Notes: generated from the sequence alone by a model not told the origin. DNA of 32,000 bases from Trichlorobacter lovleyi SZ (GCF_000020385.1 NC_010814.1:2310001-2342000), one strand, 5' to 3'; counted from the first letter of the stretch, positions 9,703-17,707 are shown. Translations and numbers: made by a program.

Positions 9703-9709
9703 TCGCCCC

Positions 9710-10726
9710 ATGGAACGAGCCATCACCCCGGAAAAACGCGACGACGACCTGCAGTTTGATGCCACCCTGCGCCCCCGTACCCTGCAGGATTACATTGGTC
9801 AGGAAAAGATCAGGGAAAACCTGAAGCTCTTTATTGATGCTGCCAAAGGGCGCAGTGAAGCCCTTGACCATGTGCTGCTGTACGGACCGCCGGGCCTGGG
9901 CAAAACCACCCTGGCCAACATTATTGCCTGCGAGATGGGGGTCAACATCAAGTCCACCTCCGGTCCGGTGATCGAGCGCCCCGGCGACCTGGCTGCCATC
10001 CTGACCAACCTTGAGCCCCATGACGTGCTGTTTATCGATGAAATCCACCGTCTCTCCCATGTGGTGGAGGAGATCCTCTATCCGGCCATGGAGGACTTCC
10101 AGCTGGATATCATCATCGGTCAGGGGCCCAGTGCCCGCAGCATCAAGCTGGACCTGCCCCGCTTCACCCTGGTGGGGGCCACCACCAGGGCCGGTCTGCT
10201 GTCATCCCCCCTGCGTGACCGCTTCGGGGTCATCTCCCGGCTTGAATTCTACACCCATGACGAACTGGCCTTCATCGTCACCCGCTCGGCCCGCATCCTG
10301 GGCATGGCAATCGACAGGGAAGGTGCGCTGGAACTGGCCCGCCGCAGCCGCGGCACCCCACGGATTGCCAACCGTCTGCTGCGCCGGGTGCGGGACTATG
10401 CCCAGGTCAGGGCTGACGGCGCCATCACCCTGAGTGTCGTACAGGAGACCCTGCGTCTGCTGGAGATCGACGAGATGGGGTTTGATCAGATGGACCGGAT
10501 GATCCTGTTGACCATCATCGACAAATTCGGCGGCGGCCCGGTGGGGCTGGACACCATAGGTGCGGCGATTGGCGAAGAAAGCGACACCATTGAAGATGTC
10601 TATGAACCGTTCCTGATCCAGAACGGCTTCCTGAACCGCACCCCCCGCGGACGGGTTGCCACCCCGGCAGCCTATCAGCACTTCGGCCGGCTCACGCCGG
10701 AACGTCCCCAGGGGTCACTGTTCTGA
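9710..10726 (+). CDS. ruvB: Holliday junction branch migration helicase RuvB
   Basis: Start at MERAITPEK... gives 338 aa. Walker [10 protein letters not shown], Walker [10 protein letters not shown], and the sequence [16 protein letters not shown]. Confidence 0.95.
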   Translation: MERAITPEKRDDDLQFDATLRPRTLQDYIGQEKIRENLKLFIDAAKGRSEALDHVLLYGPPGLGKTTLANIIACEMGVNIKSTSGPVIERPGDLAAILTNLEPHDVLFIDEIHRLSHVVEEILYPAMEDFQLDIIIGQGPSARSIKLDLPRFTLVGATTRAGLLSSPLRDRFGVISRLEFYTHDELAFIVTRSARILGMAIDREGALELARRSRGTPRIANRLLRRVRDYAQVRADGAITLSVVQETLRLLEIDEMGFDQMDRMILLTIIDKFGGGPVGLDTIGAAIGEESDTIEDVYEPFLIQNGFLNRTPRGRVATPAAYQHFGRLTPERPQGSLF

Positions 10727-11415
10727 TGCAGCAACAGGCCCTTGATCTGCCGGTTACCCCACGCTACGGCTTTGAAAACTTCATCTCCTGCGCCGGTAAC
10801 AGCACCGCCCTGGAGTTCAGCCGCAGGATCACCGATCCGGCTGAACCGGAGAAACTGCTCTACCTCTACGGACCGGCAGGATCAGGCAAGACGCACCTGC
10901 TGCATGCCATCGGGCGCCAGCTGGCCGGAGAACAGTACCAGGTCCTGTCATGCCGCAACCTGACCGTCCCGGTTGCGACCAATCCCGGCAGTCTGTTACT
11001 GGTGGATGACCTGGACCAGCTGCCGGACCGGCCTGAACTGCGTAATGCCCTCTGGGAGGCCTTTAACCAGCAGTACAGCAGCGGCCATACCCTGGCCCTG
11101 GCAGGCAGGTTTGCCCCCAAGGAGCTGCCGACCATCGACGACCATCTGATCTCCCGACTGTTGTGGGGGCTGGTGGCCCGCCTGGATGTCTCAGATGACC
11201 GTTCACGTCAGATGCTGATTGCCAAGCTGGCCCAGGACCGGCAGATTATCCTGCCCGATGAGGTGGCCGGCTGGCTCTTGACCGTACTGCCCCGTGATGT
11301 CGGCTCGCTGGTCTCGGCCTGCGATGCCCTCTACCGGGCGGCCTTGCAGCGCAAATGCCGGATCACCCTGCGCCTGGCGCGGGAACTGGTTCTGCAGGGC
11401 ACCCTGCTATCCTGA
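10726..11415 (+). CDS. hda: DnaA-family AAA+ protein, Hda-like (DnaA regulatory inactivator homolog)
   Basis: 229 aa. N-terminal QQALDLPV resembles a clamp-binding motif. FENFISCAGN, Walker A GPAGSGKTHLL and Walker B LLLVDDLD follow. Its ATG overlaps the ruvB stop (TGATG). Confidence 0.6.
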   Translation: MQQQALDLPVTPRYGFENFISCAGNSTALEFSRRITDPAEPEKLLYLYGPAGSGKTHLLHAIGRQLAGEQYQVLSCRNLTVPVATNPGSLLLVDDLDQLPDRPELRNALWEAFNQQYSSGHTLALAGRFAPKELPTIDDHLISRLLWGLVARLDVSDDRSRQMLIAKLAQDRQIILPDEVAGWLLTVLPRDVGSLVSACDALYRAALQRKCRITLRLARELVLQGTLLS

Positions 11416-11482
11416 AAAACCGCTTGCACCCGAAGAGACTGTTTTTTATCGTAGCACCCACTCAACCGCAACCGGACTGCCC

Positions 11483-12796
11483 ATGAAATCCCCTGAAGAG
11501 ATAGAGCTTGCCAAAAAACGTCGCGAACTGGCAGACCTGCTTGAAGAGCAGTCTCTGATAGAACGGGAGCTGGCTGCCATCAAGGCGGAGATCAGGGTCT
11601 TTGAGCATGCCTATGAACAGATGCTGGGTGGCCGGATTGCCGAGCTGGAAGAGCTTGAATGGCAGATCAGCGGGTTACTGGGGACCGGCGAAAACGAAGA
11701 AGAACACCACAAATACTTTTACACCTCCGAACATGAATCAACAACCGCCGGCTTTACCCGCACCACCCTGTTGGACGACACCCCTGACACCACCACCATC
11801 CTTGAAGAGAAAAGCCTCAAGGCGCTCTACCGTGAGGTGGCCAAAGCGATCCACCCCGACCTCTCCAATGACGACCATGAACGGTTCAGACGGCAGGAAC
11901 TGATGGCCATTGCCAACCTGGCCTATCAGGAAGGGGACCGGACGCAGCTGCAGAAGATCCTGCGGGAATGGCAACTGGGTCCTAAAACCGCCAAGGGGCT
12001 CGATATCGGTGCCGAACTGGTCCGGCTGATCCGCCAGATCGCCTACACACGCCAGCACATCAAGGAGCTAAACAAACGGATCGATGAGTTGCGGCGTTCC
12101 GACATCTACCGCTTCAGGCAACGGGTGGACGACAGCCTGCTGGACGGCATCGACCTGCTGGCTGAAATGGCTGCCACGGTTGACCTTGACATTGCCAAGG
12201 CCAAAAAGCGCCTGGCATTGCTGAACGGAGAACAGGAAGCACCAGAAGAACGCCCGTCGCCACCACTTGAAACCCGCATCATCCGTTTTCCTGCGGAAAA
12301 CTCCTGTGGCGCCCTGTATCTCCGTGCCATCAACTCGGCGGACTACCGCGACTGGCAGAAACTGGGCTCGGCCAAAGGCCCCCGCGAAATACCGCTGGAC
12401 AAGGCGCTGCGCCTGGATCTGCGGGGGGACGGCCAGGGGGGGATCACCTTTCTTGAACAGCTGCAGCCCGATGACCTGCAGGCCCTGTTTCTGTACGACG
12501 TGGACGATGACGCCCTGACACAGATCGGCCACCTGACCGGCCTGCAGGAACTCTACCTGTCAAACACCACCATCACGGACGCCGGGCTCGGCAACCTGGC
12601 CCGCCTGACCAGCCTCCAGCGGCTCTACCTTTATCACACCGAGATCACCGACAAAGGCCTGGCCAACCTCTACCCGCTTACCTGGCTGCGCTGGCTGACC
12701 TTCAGCGGCACCAAGGTCACGGAAAAAGGGCTGGGGAAGCTGCGGACCGCCCTGCCCGGCTGCAAGGTCATCACCTTTAAATGGCGCTATGAATAA
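11483..12796 (+). CDS. J-domain (HPD) / coiled-coil / C-terminal leucine-rich-repeat fusion protein
   Basis: Start at MKSPEEIELAKK gives 437 aa. J-like segment LKALYREVAKAIHPDLSNDDHERFRRQELMAIANLAY. C-terminal LRRs: LTGLQELYLSNTTITDAGLGNLARLTSLQRLYLYHTEITDKGLANL. Confidence 0.6.
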   Translation: MKSPEEIELAKKRRELADLLEEQSLIERELAAIKAEIRVFEHAYEQMLGGRIAELEELEWQISGLLGTGENEEEHHKYFYTSEHESTTAGFTRTTLLDDTPDTTTILEEKSLKALYREVAKAIHPDLSNDDHERFRRQELMAIANLAYQEGDRTQLQKILREWQLGPKTAKGLDIGAELVRLIRQIAYTRQHIKELNKRIDELRRSDIYRFRQRVDDSLLDGIDLLAEMAATVDLDIAKAKKRLALLNGEQEAPEERPSPPLETRIIRFPAENSCGALYLRAINSADYRDWQKLGSAKGPREIPLDKALRLDLRGDGQGGITFLEQLQPDDLQALFLYDVDDDALTQIGHLTGLQELYLSNTTITDAGLGNLARLTSLQRLYLYHTEITDKGLANLYPLTWLRWLTFSGTKVTEKGLGKLRTALPGCKVITFKWRYE

Positions 12797-12908
12797 CAGG
12801 CTGCCGGAAACCGGCACGCCCCGGCTGCACCAGCCCCTCAAAGCACCTCTGCAAAGACAATTTTTTTCACCACAACGACTAACCAGCTGTTATGTGGGGG
12901 ATCGCCCG

Positions 12909-12953
12909 TAATCCACAAAAAATGTGGATAACCCTGTTGATGCCGGTGGATAA
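12909..12953. promoter_or_regulatory. Cluster of DnaA-box-like 9-mers, including a perfect box and a 7-bp palindrome
   Basis: TAATCCACA (12909-12917, 1 mismatch), TGTGGATAA (12923-12931, perfect reverse complement of TTATCCACA) and GGTGGATAA (12945-12953, 1 mismatch). ATCCACA-N5-TGTGGAT forms a palindrome. An AT-rich tract follows. Confidence 0.35.
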
Positions 12954-13282
12954 CTTTTAAAAATACTATGTAAACACTAGCGTTTTTACGGTTTGCACAA
13001 CGGATAACCACAACACATAACTACTTGTAATTACGTGTCAATATCTATTTTTCAGGCAACTGCGTCATACTTTTAAAATACGGCCCAGATGAAAAACCTA
13101 AAAAATAGGCAACTTCATTCTGACTCCTTCAAAACAGCCCCATTTTCAACAGATTTCATGACAAACCTGCCGGCAGGACCAGAATGCTCACAATTGATGA
13201 CATCAGGCCTTATTGATGCTCTGAAGAACTTTTCACACCAGATGCTTTGTTAGTTAGCAATTCCTGTGCTACAAACGGTGAG

Positions 13283-13312
13283 TTGACGGCATAAAACGAA
13301 GTGCGGTATCCT
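13283..13312 (+). promoter_or_regulatory. Candidate promoter of the toxin-antitoxin-like pair (TTGACG-N18-TATCCT)
   Basis: -35 at 13283-13288, -10 at 13307-13312, then the SD AAGGAG and the ATG at 13332. Confidence 0.3.
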
Positions 13313-13331
13313 TTTTACCAAGGAGAAAAGT

Positions 13332-13601
13332 ATGAAGAAAACCGAAGCGACCGGCACCAAGAAGCCTCAGGTGTTTACCGAGCTGGGGATGAAACGAAAA
13401 GAAAATCGTATTCCGCAACTAGCGGAAAATGCCGTTAAAAAAGCACGGACACAAACATTGGCCTCTGGCCGGAGTGTTATTGAATCCGTGGGAGGGCAAC
13501 TCGTCGAAACACGTCCGGATGGCTCGCGGAAAGTGATCAAATCAATTCCGCCGCCAACTCCTGTTGCAGCCGGGCAAAAGCGGGTCCGGAGAACAACATG
13601 A
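13332..13601 (+). CDS. Small basic protein, putative antitoxin/partner of the downstream zeta-like toxin
   Basis: 89 aa with a good SD (AAGGAG). Its stop overlaps the downstream ATG (ATGA at 13598-13601). I recognise no family for it. Confidence 0.45.
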   Translation: MKKTEATGTKKPQVFTELGMKRKENRIPQLAENAVKKARTQTLASGRSVIESVGGQLVETRPDGSRKVIKSIPPPTPVAAGQKRVRRTT

Positions 13602-14263
13602 GCCGTGCCACACCGCGACTGCGCATGTTCGCCGGGCCAAACGGTTCGGGCAAAAGCACAATAAAAGCAGTCGTTGAAGAGGCAATAGGACCGGATCTGT
13701 TCGGCGTGTATCTCAACGCCGACGACGTTGAGTTTGCAATACGACAGTCAAGATTCCTGGATGTGTTCAGTGTGTGGGGTAAAAACCTCTGCTGAAGAGA
13801 TTCTCGAATTTTTCAGAACCTCCCCATTCCTCGCTGAAAAGGGATTGGCCGAGGATGCGGCACGGTTGGTGTTTGCAAACGGGAAACTTTCCTTCCAGTC
13901 CATTGAGGTGAATTCCTACTTTGCTTCGGTTGCGGTCGATTTCCTGAGGCAGAAACTCCTCGATTCCGGTATTACCTTCACGTTTGAAACCGTCATGTCC
14001 CATCGAAGTAAAGTTGAATTCCTCAAACTGGCTCAAGACAAAGGCTTCCGGACGTACCTTTACTACGTGGCAACCGAAGACCCTGATATTAATGTCTCCC
14101 GCGTGGAATCCCGCGTTGCACAGGGTGGGCACAATGTCAACAGGGACAAAATCGTTGAGCGATACTCCCGTTCGTTGGAGTTGTTGTCCGAGGCGGTTGG
14201 CTATGCCAATCGAGCCTATATTTTCGATAACTCCTCTGCTGAAAAAGTCTGGATTGCAGAAGG
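13598..14263 (+). pseudogene. Zeta-toxin/COG4185-type P-loop kinase-like toxin gene, frameshifted near 13760-13795 and interrupted at its 3' end by IS21
   Basis: Frame A: MSRATPRLRMFAGPNGSGKSTIKAVV... (Walker A) stops at 13795. Frame B continues with ...SAEEILEFF...ITFTFETVMSH...GFRTYLYYVATEDPDINVSRVESRVAQGGHNVNRDKIVERYSRS, the family-typical core. The tracked ORF tail VNRHAILTHFRV is IS terminal sequence. Confidence 0.7.
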
Positions 14264-14331
14264 TGTGAATCGGCATGCAATATTGACCCACTTTCGGGTG
14301 TAATCGGCGTCCAAAATTGACCCACCTCAGC
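14264..14331. repeat. IS21 left terminal inverted repeat region (two internal repeat copies)
   Basis: tgtgAATCGGCATgcaatATTGACCCAC...AATCGGCGTccaaaATTGACCCACctcagc matches the reverse complement of 16630-16687. Confidence 0.8.
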
Positions 14332-14382
14332 ACCTCCTCCATTCTCTTTGGCATCATCCAGAGAGAGGAGCTTTGAAAGGAG

Positions 14383-15897
14383 ATGCTGCTAGTGGAATCC
14401 ATCCGTAAAATCCGCCAGGCTTACCACCGGGACAAGAAACCAATCAGGCAGATAGCCCGTGAGTTTCATCTGTCTAAGAACACCGTCAAGAAAATCATCA
14501 GAAGTGACGTAACCGATCAGGTTTATACCCGCACCGAACAGCCCAGGCCAAAGCTTGCTGCATTTGAAGAACGTCTCAAAGGACTGTTGTCTGAAGATGC
14601 CGTAAAGCCAGTCCGCCATCGTCGTAGTGCCCAGTTATTGTTTGAGACGCTACAGCGGGAAGGATTTGAAGGTGGCTATGACAGCGTCCGTCGTTACATC
14701 CAGCAGCAGCGCAAAGAGACCGGCGGCGGCGTAGCCGCAGCCTTTATTCCGCTATCCTTTGATCCTGGTGAGGCATTTCAGTTTGACTGGAGCTATGAGC
14801 AGATTGAGTTGGGTGGGATCATCGTAAAGGTCAAGATTGCTCAGTTTCGCCTCTGTAACAGTCGGATGCCATTTTGCGTGGCCTACACACGTGAGAGCCT
14901 GGAGATGGTTCTGGATGCTCATATCAAGGCATTCAGCTTCTTTGGTGGTGCCTGTCGGCGTGGTATCTACGACAACCTAAAAACCGTAGTAACCAAAGTC
15001 CTGATGGGCAAGGATCGTGTATTCAATCGTCGGTTTTTGAGTCTGGCCTCCCACTACCTGTTTGAACCGATAGCCTGCACTCCTGCTGCAGGCTGGGAGA
15101 AGGGGCAGGTAGAGAATCAGGTAGGCCTTGTGCGCAAGCGTTTCTTCGCCAAACGGCGGACATTTACCAACCTTTCTGAGCTAAACCAGTGGCTGCAGGA
15201 ACAATGTCTGGACTACGCAGCAACCCAGAAACATCCTGACAACCCACTCCTGACGATCAATGACCTGTTTAAGGAGGAACGCCGGCAGCTTCTCACGGTA
15301 ACGGTTCCGTTTGACGGTTATCTGGAAAGCGATGCCAAGGTATCTTCTACCTCCCTGGTCTCATTTGACCGCAACCGTTACAGCGTCCATGTCTCTGCTG
15401 TTGGCAACCCGGTCACGGTACGGGCCTATGCTGATCGTCTGACCTTTGTCCAGAGCGGCAGAACCGTAGGATTCCACAAACGGCACTTTGGTCGTGATCA
15501 GGTCTTCTATGATCCCTGGCACTATCTGGAGGCACTGAAGAAGAAGCCGGGAGCACTCAGAAACGGTGCACCGTTTAAGGAATGGAATTTGCCGGAATCT
15601 ATTGAGCAAATCCGTAGTGCCCTTGCCAAGCACCGTGATGGTGACCGGCAGTTTGTCGGGATACTGGCGGTTGTCTCCTACTATGGCATTGAAGCAGTAA
15701 CACAGGCATGCACTGATGCATTGGCAGCCAATACCATCAGTCGGGATGTCGTGCTTAATCTGTTGTCCCGAAACGATGAAGAACCGACACCAACGGCAGA
15801 TCCTGCAGCAAAACTGCCGGTTTTGATCATACCGCCTGTAGCTGACTGCAGGCGGTATGACCTGCTGCTTGCCGGAGGTGCCTGTGCTACTGCGTGA
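14383..15897 (+). CDS. istA: IS21-family transposase IstA
   Basis: 504 aa. N-terminal HTH ([20 protein letters not shown]), a DDE-type core (FQFDWSY...GIYDNLKT) and the typical IstA length. The start could instead be the GTG at 14392. Confidence 0.9.
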   Translation: MLLVESIRKIRQAYHRDKKPIRQIAREFHLSKNTVKKIIRSDVTDQVYTRTEQPRPKLAAFEERLKGLLSEDAVKPVRHRRSAQLLFETLQREGFEGGYDSVRRYIQQQRKETGGGVAAAFIPLSFDPGEAFQFDWSYEQIELGGIIVKVKIAQFRLCNSRMPFCVAYTRESLEMVLDAHIKAFSFFGGACRRGIYDNLKTVVTKVLMGKDRVFNRRFLSLASHYLFEPIACTPAAGWEKGQVENQVGLVRKRFFAKRRTFTNLSELNQWLQEQCLDYAATQKHPDNPLLTINDLFKEERRQLLTVTVPFDGYLESDAKVSSTSLVSFDRNRYSVHVSAVGNPVTVRAYADRLTFVQSGRTVGFHKRHFGRDQVFYDPWHYLEALKKKPGALRNGAPFKEWNLPESIEQIRSALAKHRDGDRQFVGILAVVSYYGIEAVTQACTDALAANTISRDVVLNLLSRNDEEPTPTADPAAKLPVLIIPPVADCRRYDLLLAGGACATA

Positions 15898-16621
15898 GAA
15901 ACTGCAAAAGGCCATGGAGACCCTTGGGCTGCATGGCATGAAGACTGCCTGTGACGAGCTGATCGCCACAGGCATCAAACAACGGGCCACACCGGAGAAG
16001 ATCCTGTTTGAGCTGCTTAATGCAGAGCTGGCTGAACGGAGAATCAGAAGTATCCGCTACCGCCTGAGTCAGGCAAGGTTTCCAGTAGAGAAGGACCTGG
16101 ATCACTTTGAGTTTACGGATACACCGATCAACGAGACACAGGTCAGAATGCTGTATGAGGGAGGCTTTCTTACTGAAAAGAGTAATATCATTCTGGTAGG
16201 TGGAACCGGTACCGGCAAGACCCATCTGGCCATTGCCATTGCACGGCAGGTGATCAGAAACGGTAAGCGTGGCCGATACTTCAACCTGCTGGATCTGGTC
16301 AACCAACTAGAACAGGAAAAGCTAAGCGGACGCGGAGGAAAGCTTGCAGAGGCACTCTGCAGGCTTGATCTGGTTGTGCTGGACGAACTGGGCTATCTGC
16401 CGTTCTCAAAGGCTGGAGGACAGCTGCTGTTTCACCTTATATCAAAGCTGTACGAGAGAACATCGCTTATCATTACCACTAACCTGACCTTTGGAGAATG
16501 GCCGCAGGTGTTCGGTGATGGCAAAATGACCACGGCACTTCTGGACAGGGTTACCCATCACTGCGAAATCGTCGAAACAGGAAATGAAAGCTGGAGAATC
16601 AAAACCAGAAACTCAGACTAA
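15884..16621 (+). CDS. istB: IS21-family helper ATPase IstB
   Basis: Walker [15 protein letters not shown], Walker [12 protein letters not shown], and the C-terminal [20 protein letters not shown] at 15884 is preceded by GGAGG, and the gene overlaps the istA stop. The ORF track starts it at 15857. Confidence 0.9.
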   Translation: MLLREKLQKAMETLGLHGMKTACDELIATGIKQRATPEKILFELLNAELAERRIRSIRYRLSQARFPVEKDLDHFEFTDTPINETQVRMLYEGGFLTEKSNIILVGGTGTGKTHLAIAIARQVIRNGKRGRYFNLLDLVNQLEQEKLSGRGGKLAEALCRLDLVVLDELGYLPFSKAGGQLLFHLISKLYERTSLIITTNLTFGEWPQVFGDGKMTTALLDRVTHHCEIVETGNESWRIKTRNSD

Positions 16622-16629
16622 AATCAACC

Positions 16630-16687
16630 GCTGAGGTGGGTCAATTTTGGACGCCGATGGTGGGTCAAATTTCAATGCCGATTGACA
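16630..16687. repeat. IS21 right terminal inverted repeat region
   Basis: gctgaggtGGGTCAATtttggACGCCGATggtGGGTCAAAtttcaATGCCGATTgaca is the inverse of the left end. Confidence 0.8.
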
Positions 16688-16743
16688 ACAGAGGTGCAAG
16701 GAAGTATGCCAGAGATATGCTGAACTGCAAGCGCGCTGGGTAA
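16688..16743 (+). pseudogene. Displaced 3' remnant of the zeta-like toxin gene
   Basis: Joining 14263/14265 to about 16697 restores the frame as ...WIAEG-ARKYARDMLNCKRAG-stop (TAA at 16741-16743). The flanks carry CAGAAGGTG on the left and CAGAGGTG on the right. Confidence 0.5.
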
Positions 16744-17124
16744 TATTTATGTGCTTGTACTCTAACCTTTAAAATTGCAGCCAGTATGCACAAGCCCTCT
16801 GGCCTGTCCCGCCCTTGGCGTTTCCCCCTATGGGTAGGGGTGGGGTTGTCCGCTCCGGTGACTCTGGGGAGGTGCTGGGGCAGTACTTGTCTGATCCTGT
16901 CAGGGCGGCTTGCACTCAGTCGCTTGACCTGCAAGGGTGCTGTCCTTCATCGGGTGCAAGACATAAAGCACAACATGCAGCGTGTAGGGCTGGGTGTTGC
17001 AGTCAGGGTGGTATGTAGCGGTGCAGTGCTGGTATGGCTTGACAGGCTAGCGCTTGCTTGCTGTGCTGCTCTCTGGCCTGAAGTGTAACCGATTAGTAAC
17101 CTGCTGAGATTTAGAGGGCTGTTC

Positions 17125-17154
17125 TTGTCATGGGTGCTTGAATCTGGGTATAAT
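17125..17154 (+). promoter_or_regulatory. Candidate sigma-70 promoter TTGTCA-N18-TATAAT in orphan intergenic DNA
   Basis: -35 at 17125-17130 and a perfect -10 at 17149-17154. No ORF lies downstream, and it points toward the hairpin at 17226-17255. Confidence 0.3.
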
Positions 17155-17185
17155 CTGATGTGATGCTTTGGGCTAGGGATTCGCT

Positions 17186-17207
17186 CAAAGGATACCCAAA
17201 GGATACC
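17186..17207. repeat. Perfect tandem direct repeat, 2 x CAAAGGATACC
   Basis: Read directly: 17186-17196 and 17197-17207 are identical. The 10-mer AAAGGATACC recurs inverted at 13305-13314. Confidence 0.9.
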
Positions 17208-17216
17208 AATTGACTA

Positions 17217-17255
17217 AAATAAAAAAGAGGCTACAGACTCAACTCTGTAACCTCT
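17217..17255 (-). terminator. Rho-independent terminator downstream of tRNA-Pro
   Basis: Minus-strand RNA reads AGAGGUUACAGA-GUUGAG-UCUGUAGCCUCU, a 12-bp stem with one G-U pair, followed by UUUUUUAUUUU. Confidence 0.8.
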
Positions 17256-17264
17256 TATTATTAT

Positions 17265-17341
17265 TGGTCGGAGCGAAACGATTTGAACGTTCGACCCCCT
17301 GCTCCCAAGGCAGGTGCGCTACCAGGCTGCGCTACGCTCCG
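17265..17341 (-). tRNA. tRNA-Pro (anticodon UGG), CCA encoded
   Basis: Manual cloverleaf of 77 nt: acceptor CGGAGCG/CGCUCCG, D stem GCGC/GCGC, anticodon stem CCUGC/GCAGG with loop CUUGGGA, T stem GAACG/CGUUU with loop UUCAAAU, then ACCA. Confidence 0.9.
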
Positions 17342-17392
17342 AAAAGAAAGATTATTTACCACACGCAGCGGGCTGATAGCAAGCAAAAAGTG

Positions 17393-17701
17393 CTATTTTT
17401 CTTCAATCCGCCCCGCCCAGACCGGATCACCGGAAAACTGGTGGCGCAGATGTTCTTCAGGGATCTGGCGGTAAAACTCTTCCGCCGTGAATGAAAACCG
17501 GTAGGACTGGACGTAGTCCATAATGATTCCGGCGGCTTCATTCAACCTGCGGATACGTTCCGGGTCAATGTCGGCATGCAAATCAGGGTGGGCCTTCCTG
17601 ATCAGAGTACGGTGGCGCTGTTTGATCCGCTTGATGCTCAGCAGGTCATTTTCATGAAAGCCGAACAGGTACAGCGCCTCTTTTAGTTCTGCAAAGGTCA
17701 T
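17393..17701 (-). CDS. Small stand-alone J-domain protein
   Basis: 102 aa. IKQRHRTLIRKAHPDLHADIDPERIRRLNEAAGII carries the HPD tripeptide. Its start lies 7 nt downstream of the dxs stop. Confidence 0.6.
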   Translation of the reverse strand: MTFAELKEALYLFGFHENDLLSIKRIKQRHRTLIRKAHPDLHADIDPERIRRLNEAAGIIMDYVQSYRFSFTAEEFYRQIPEEHLRHQFSGDPVWAGRIEEK

Positions 17702-17707
17702 GTCCGG

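Larger units (their letters stand above)
14264..16687 (+). mobile_element. IS21-family insertion sequence (about 2.42 kb) with istA/istB and multi-copy terminal repeats
   Basis: The ends are TGTGAATCGGCAT... and ...ATGCCGATTGACA (TG/CA termini). Each end carries two copies of AATCGGC(A/G)T-N5-(A/T)TTGACCCAC. The element contains two overlapping genes, istA and istB. Confidence 0.85.

Noticed and set aside
9599-10060. The N-terminal 154 codons of the tracked 426-aa kdsA ORF.
   Set aside because: The extension runs antisense through ruvB, is not protein-like, and is absent from KdsA proteins. An internal ATG at 9598 with an SD gives the expected length of about 272 aa.
11294-11482. The N-terminal extension of the 500-aa ORF that overlaps the hda-like gene.
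   Set aside because: The extension overlaps the hda-like coding region in another frame and is rich in Arg, Cys and Pro. The ATG at 11483 begins the coiled-coil sequence after the hda-like stop.
12860-13020. The DnaA-box cluster interpreted as the chromosomal oriC.
   Set aside because: No dnaA, dnaN or gyrB is nearby, only three good boxes are present, and the site sits at the edge of an accessory patch. It is kept only as a DnaA-box-like regulatory or remnant-origin candidate.
13090-13257. An untracked 55-codon plus-strand ORF (MKNLKNRQLHSDSFKTAPF...) in the AT-rich spacer.
   Set aside because: It has no SD upstream and no recognisable motif, and it lies in AT-rich DNA where short ORFs arise by chance. 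It cannot be supported from sequence alone.
16786-17088. The tracked ORFs in the orphan region (16665-16934 minus strand, 16786-17088 and 16815-17018 plus strand).
   Set aside because: They have no SD, they overlap each other in several frames, and they are rich in Gly, Arg, Cys and Leu with no motifs. The region is treated as non-coding or remnant.
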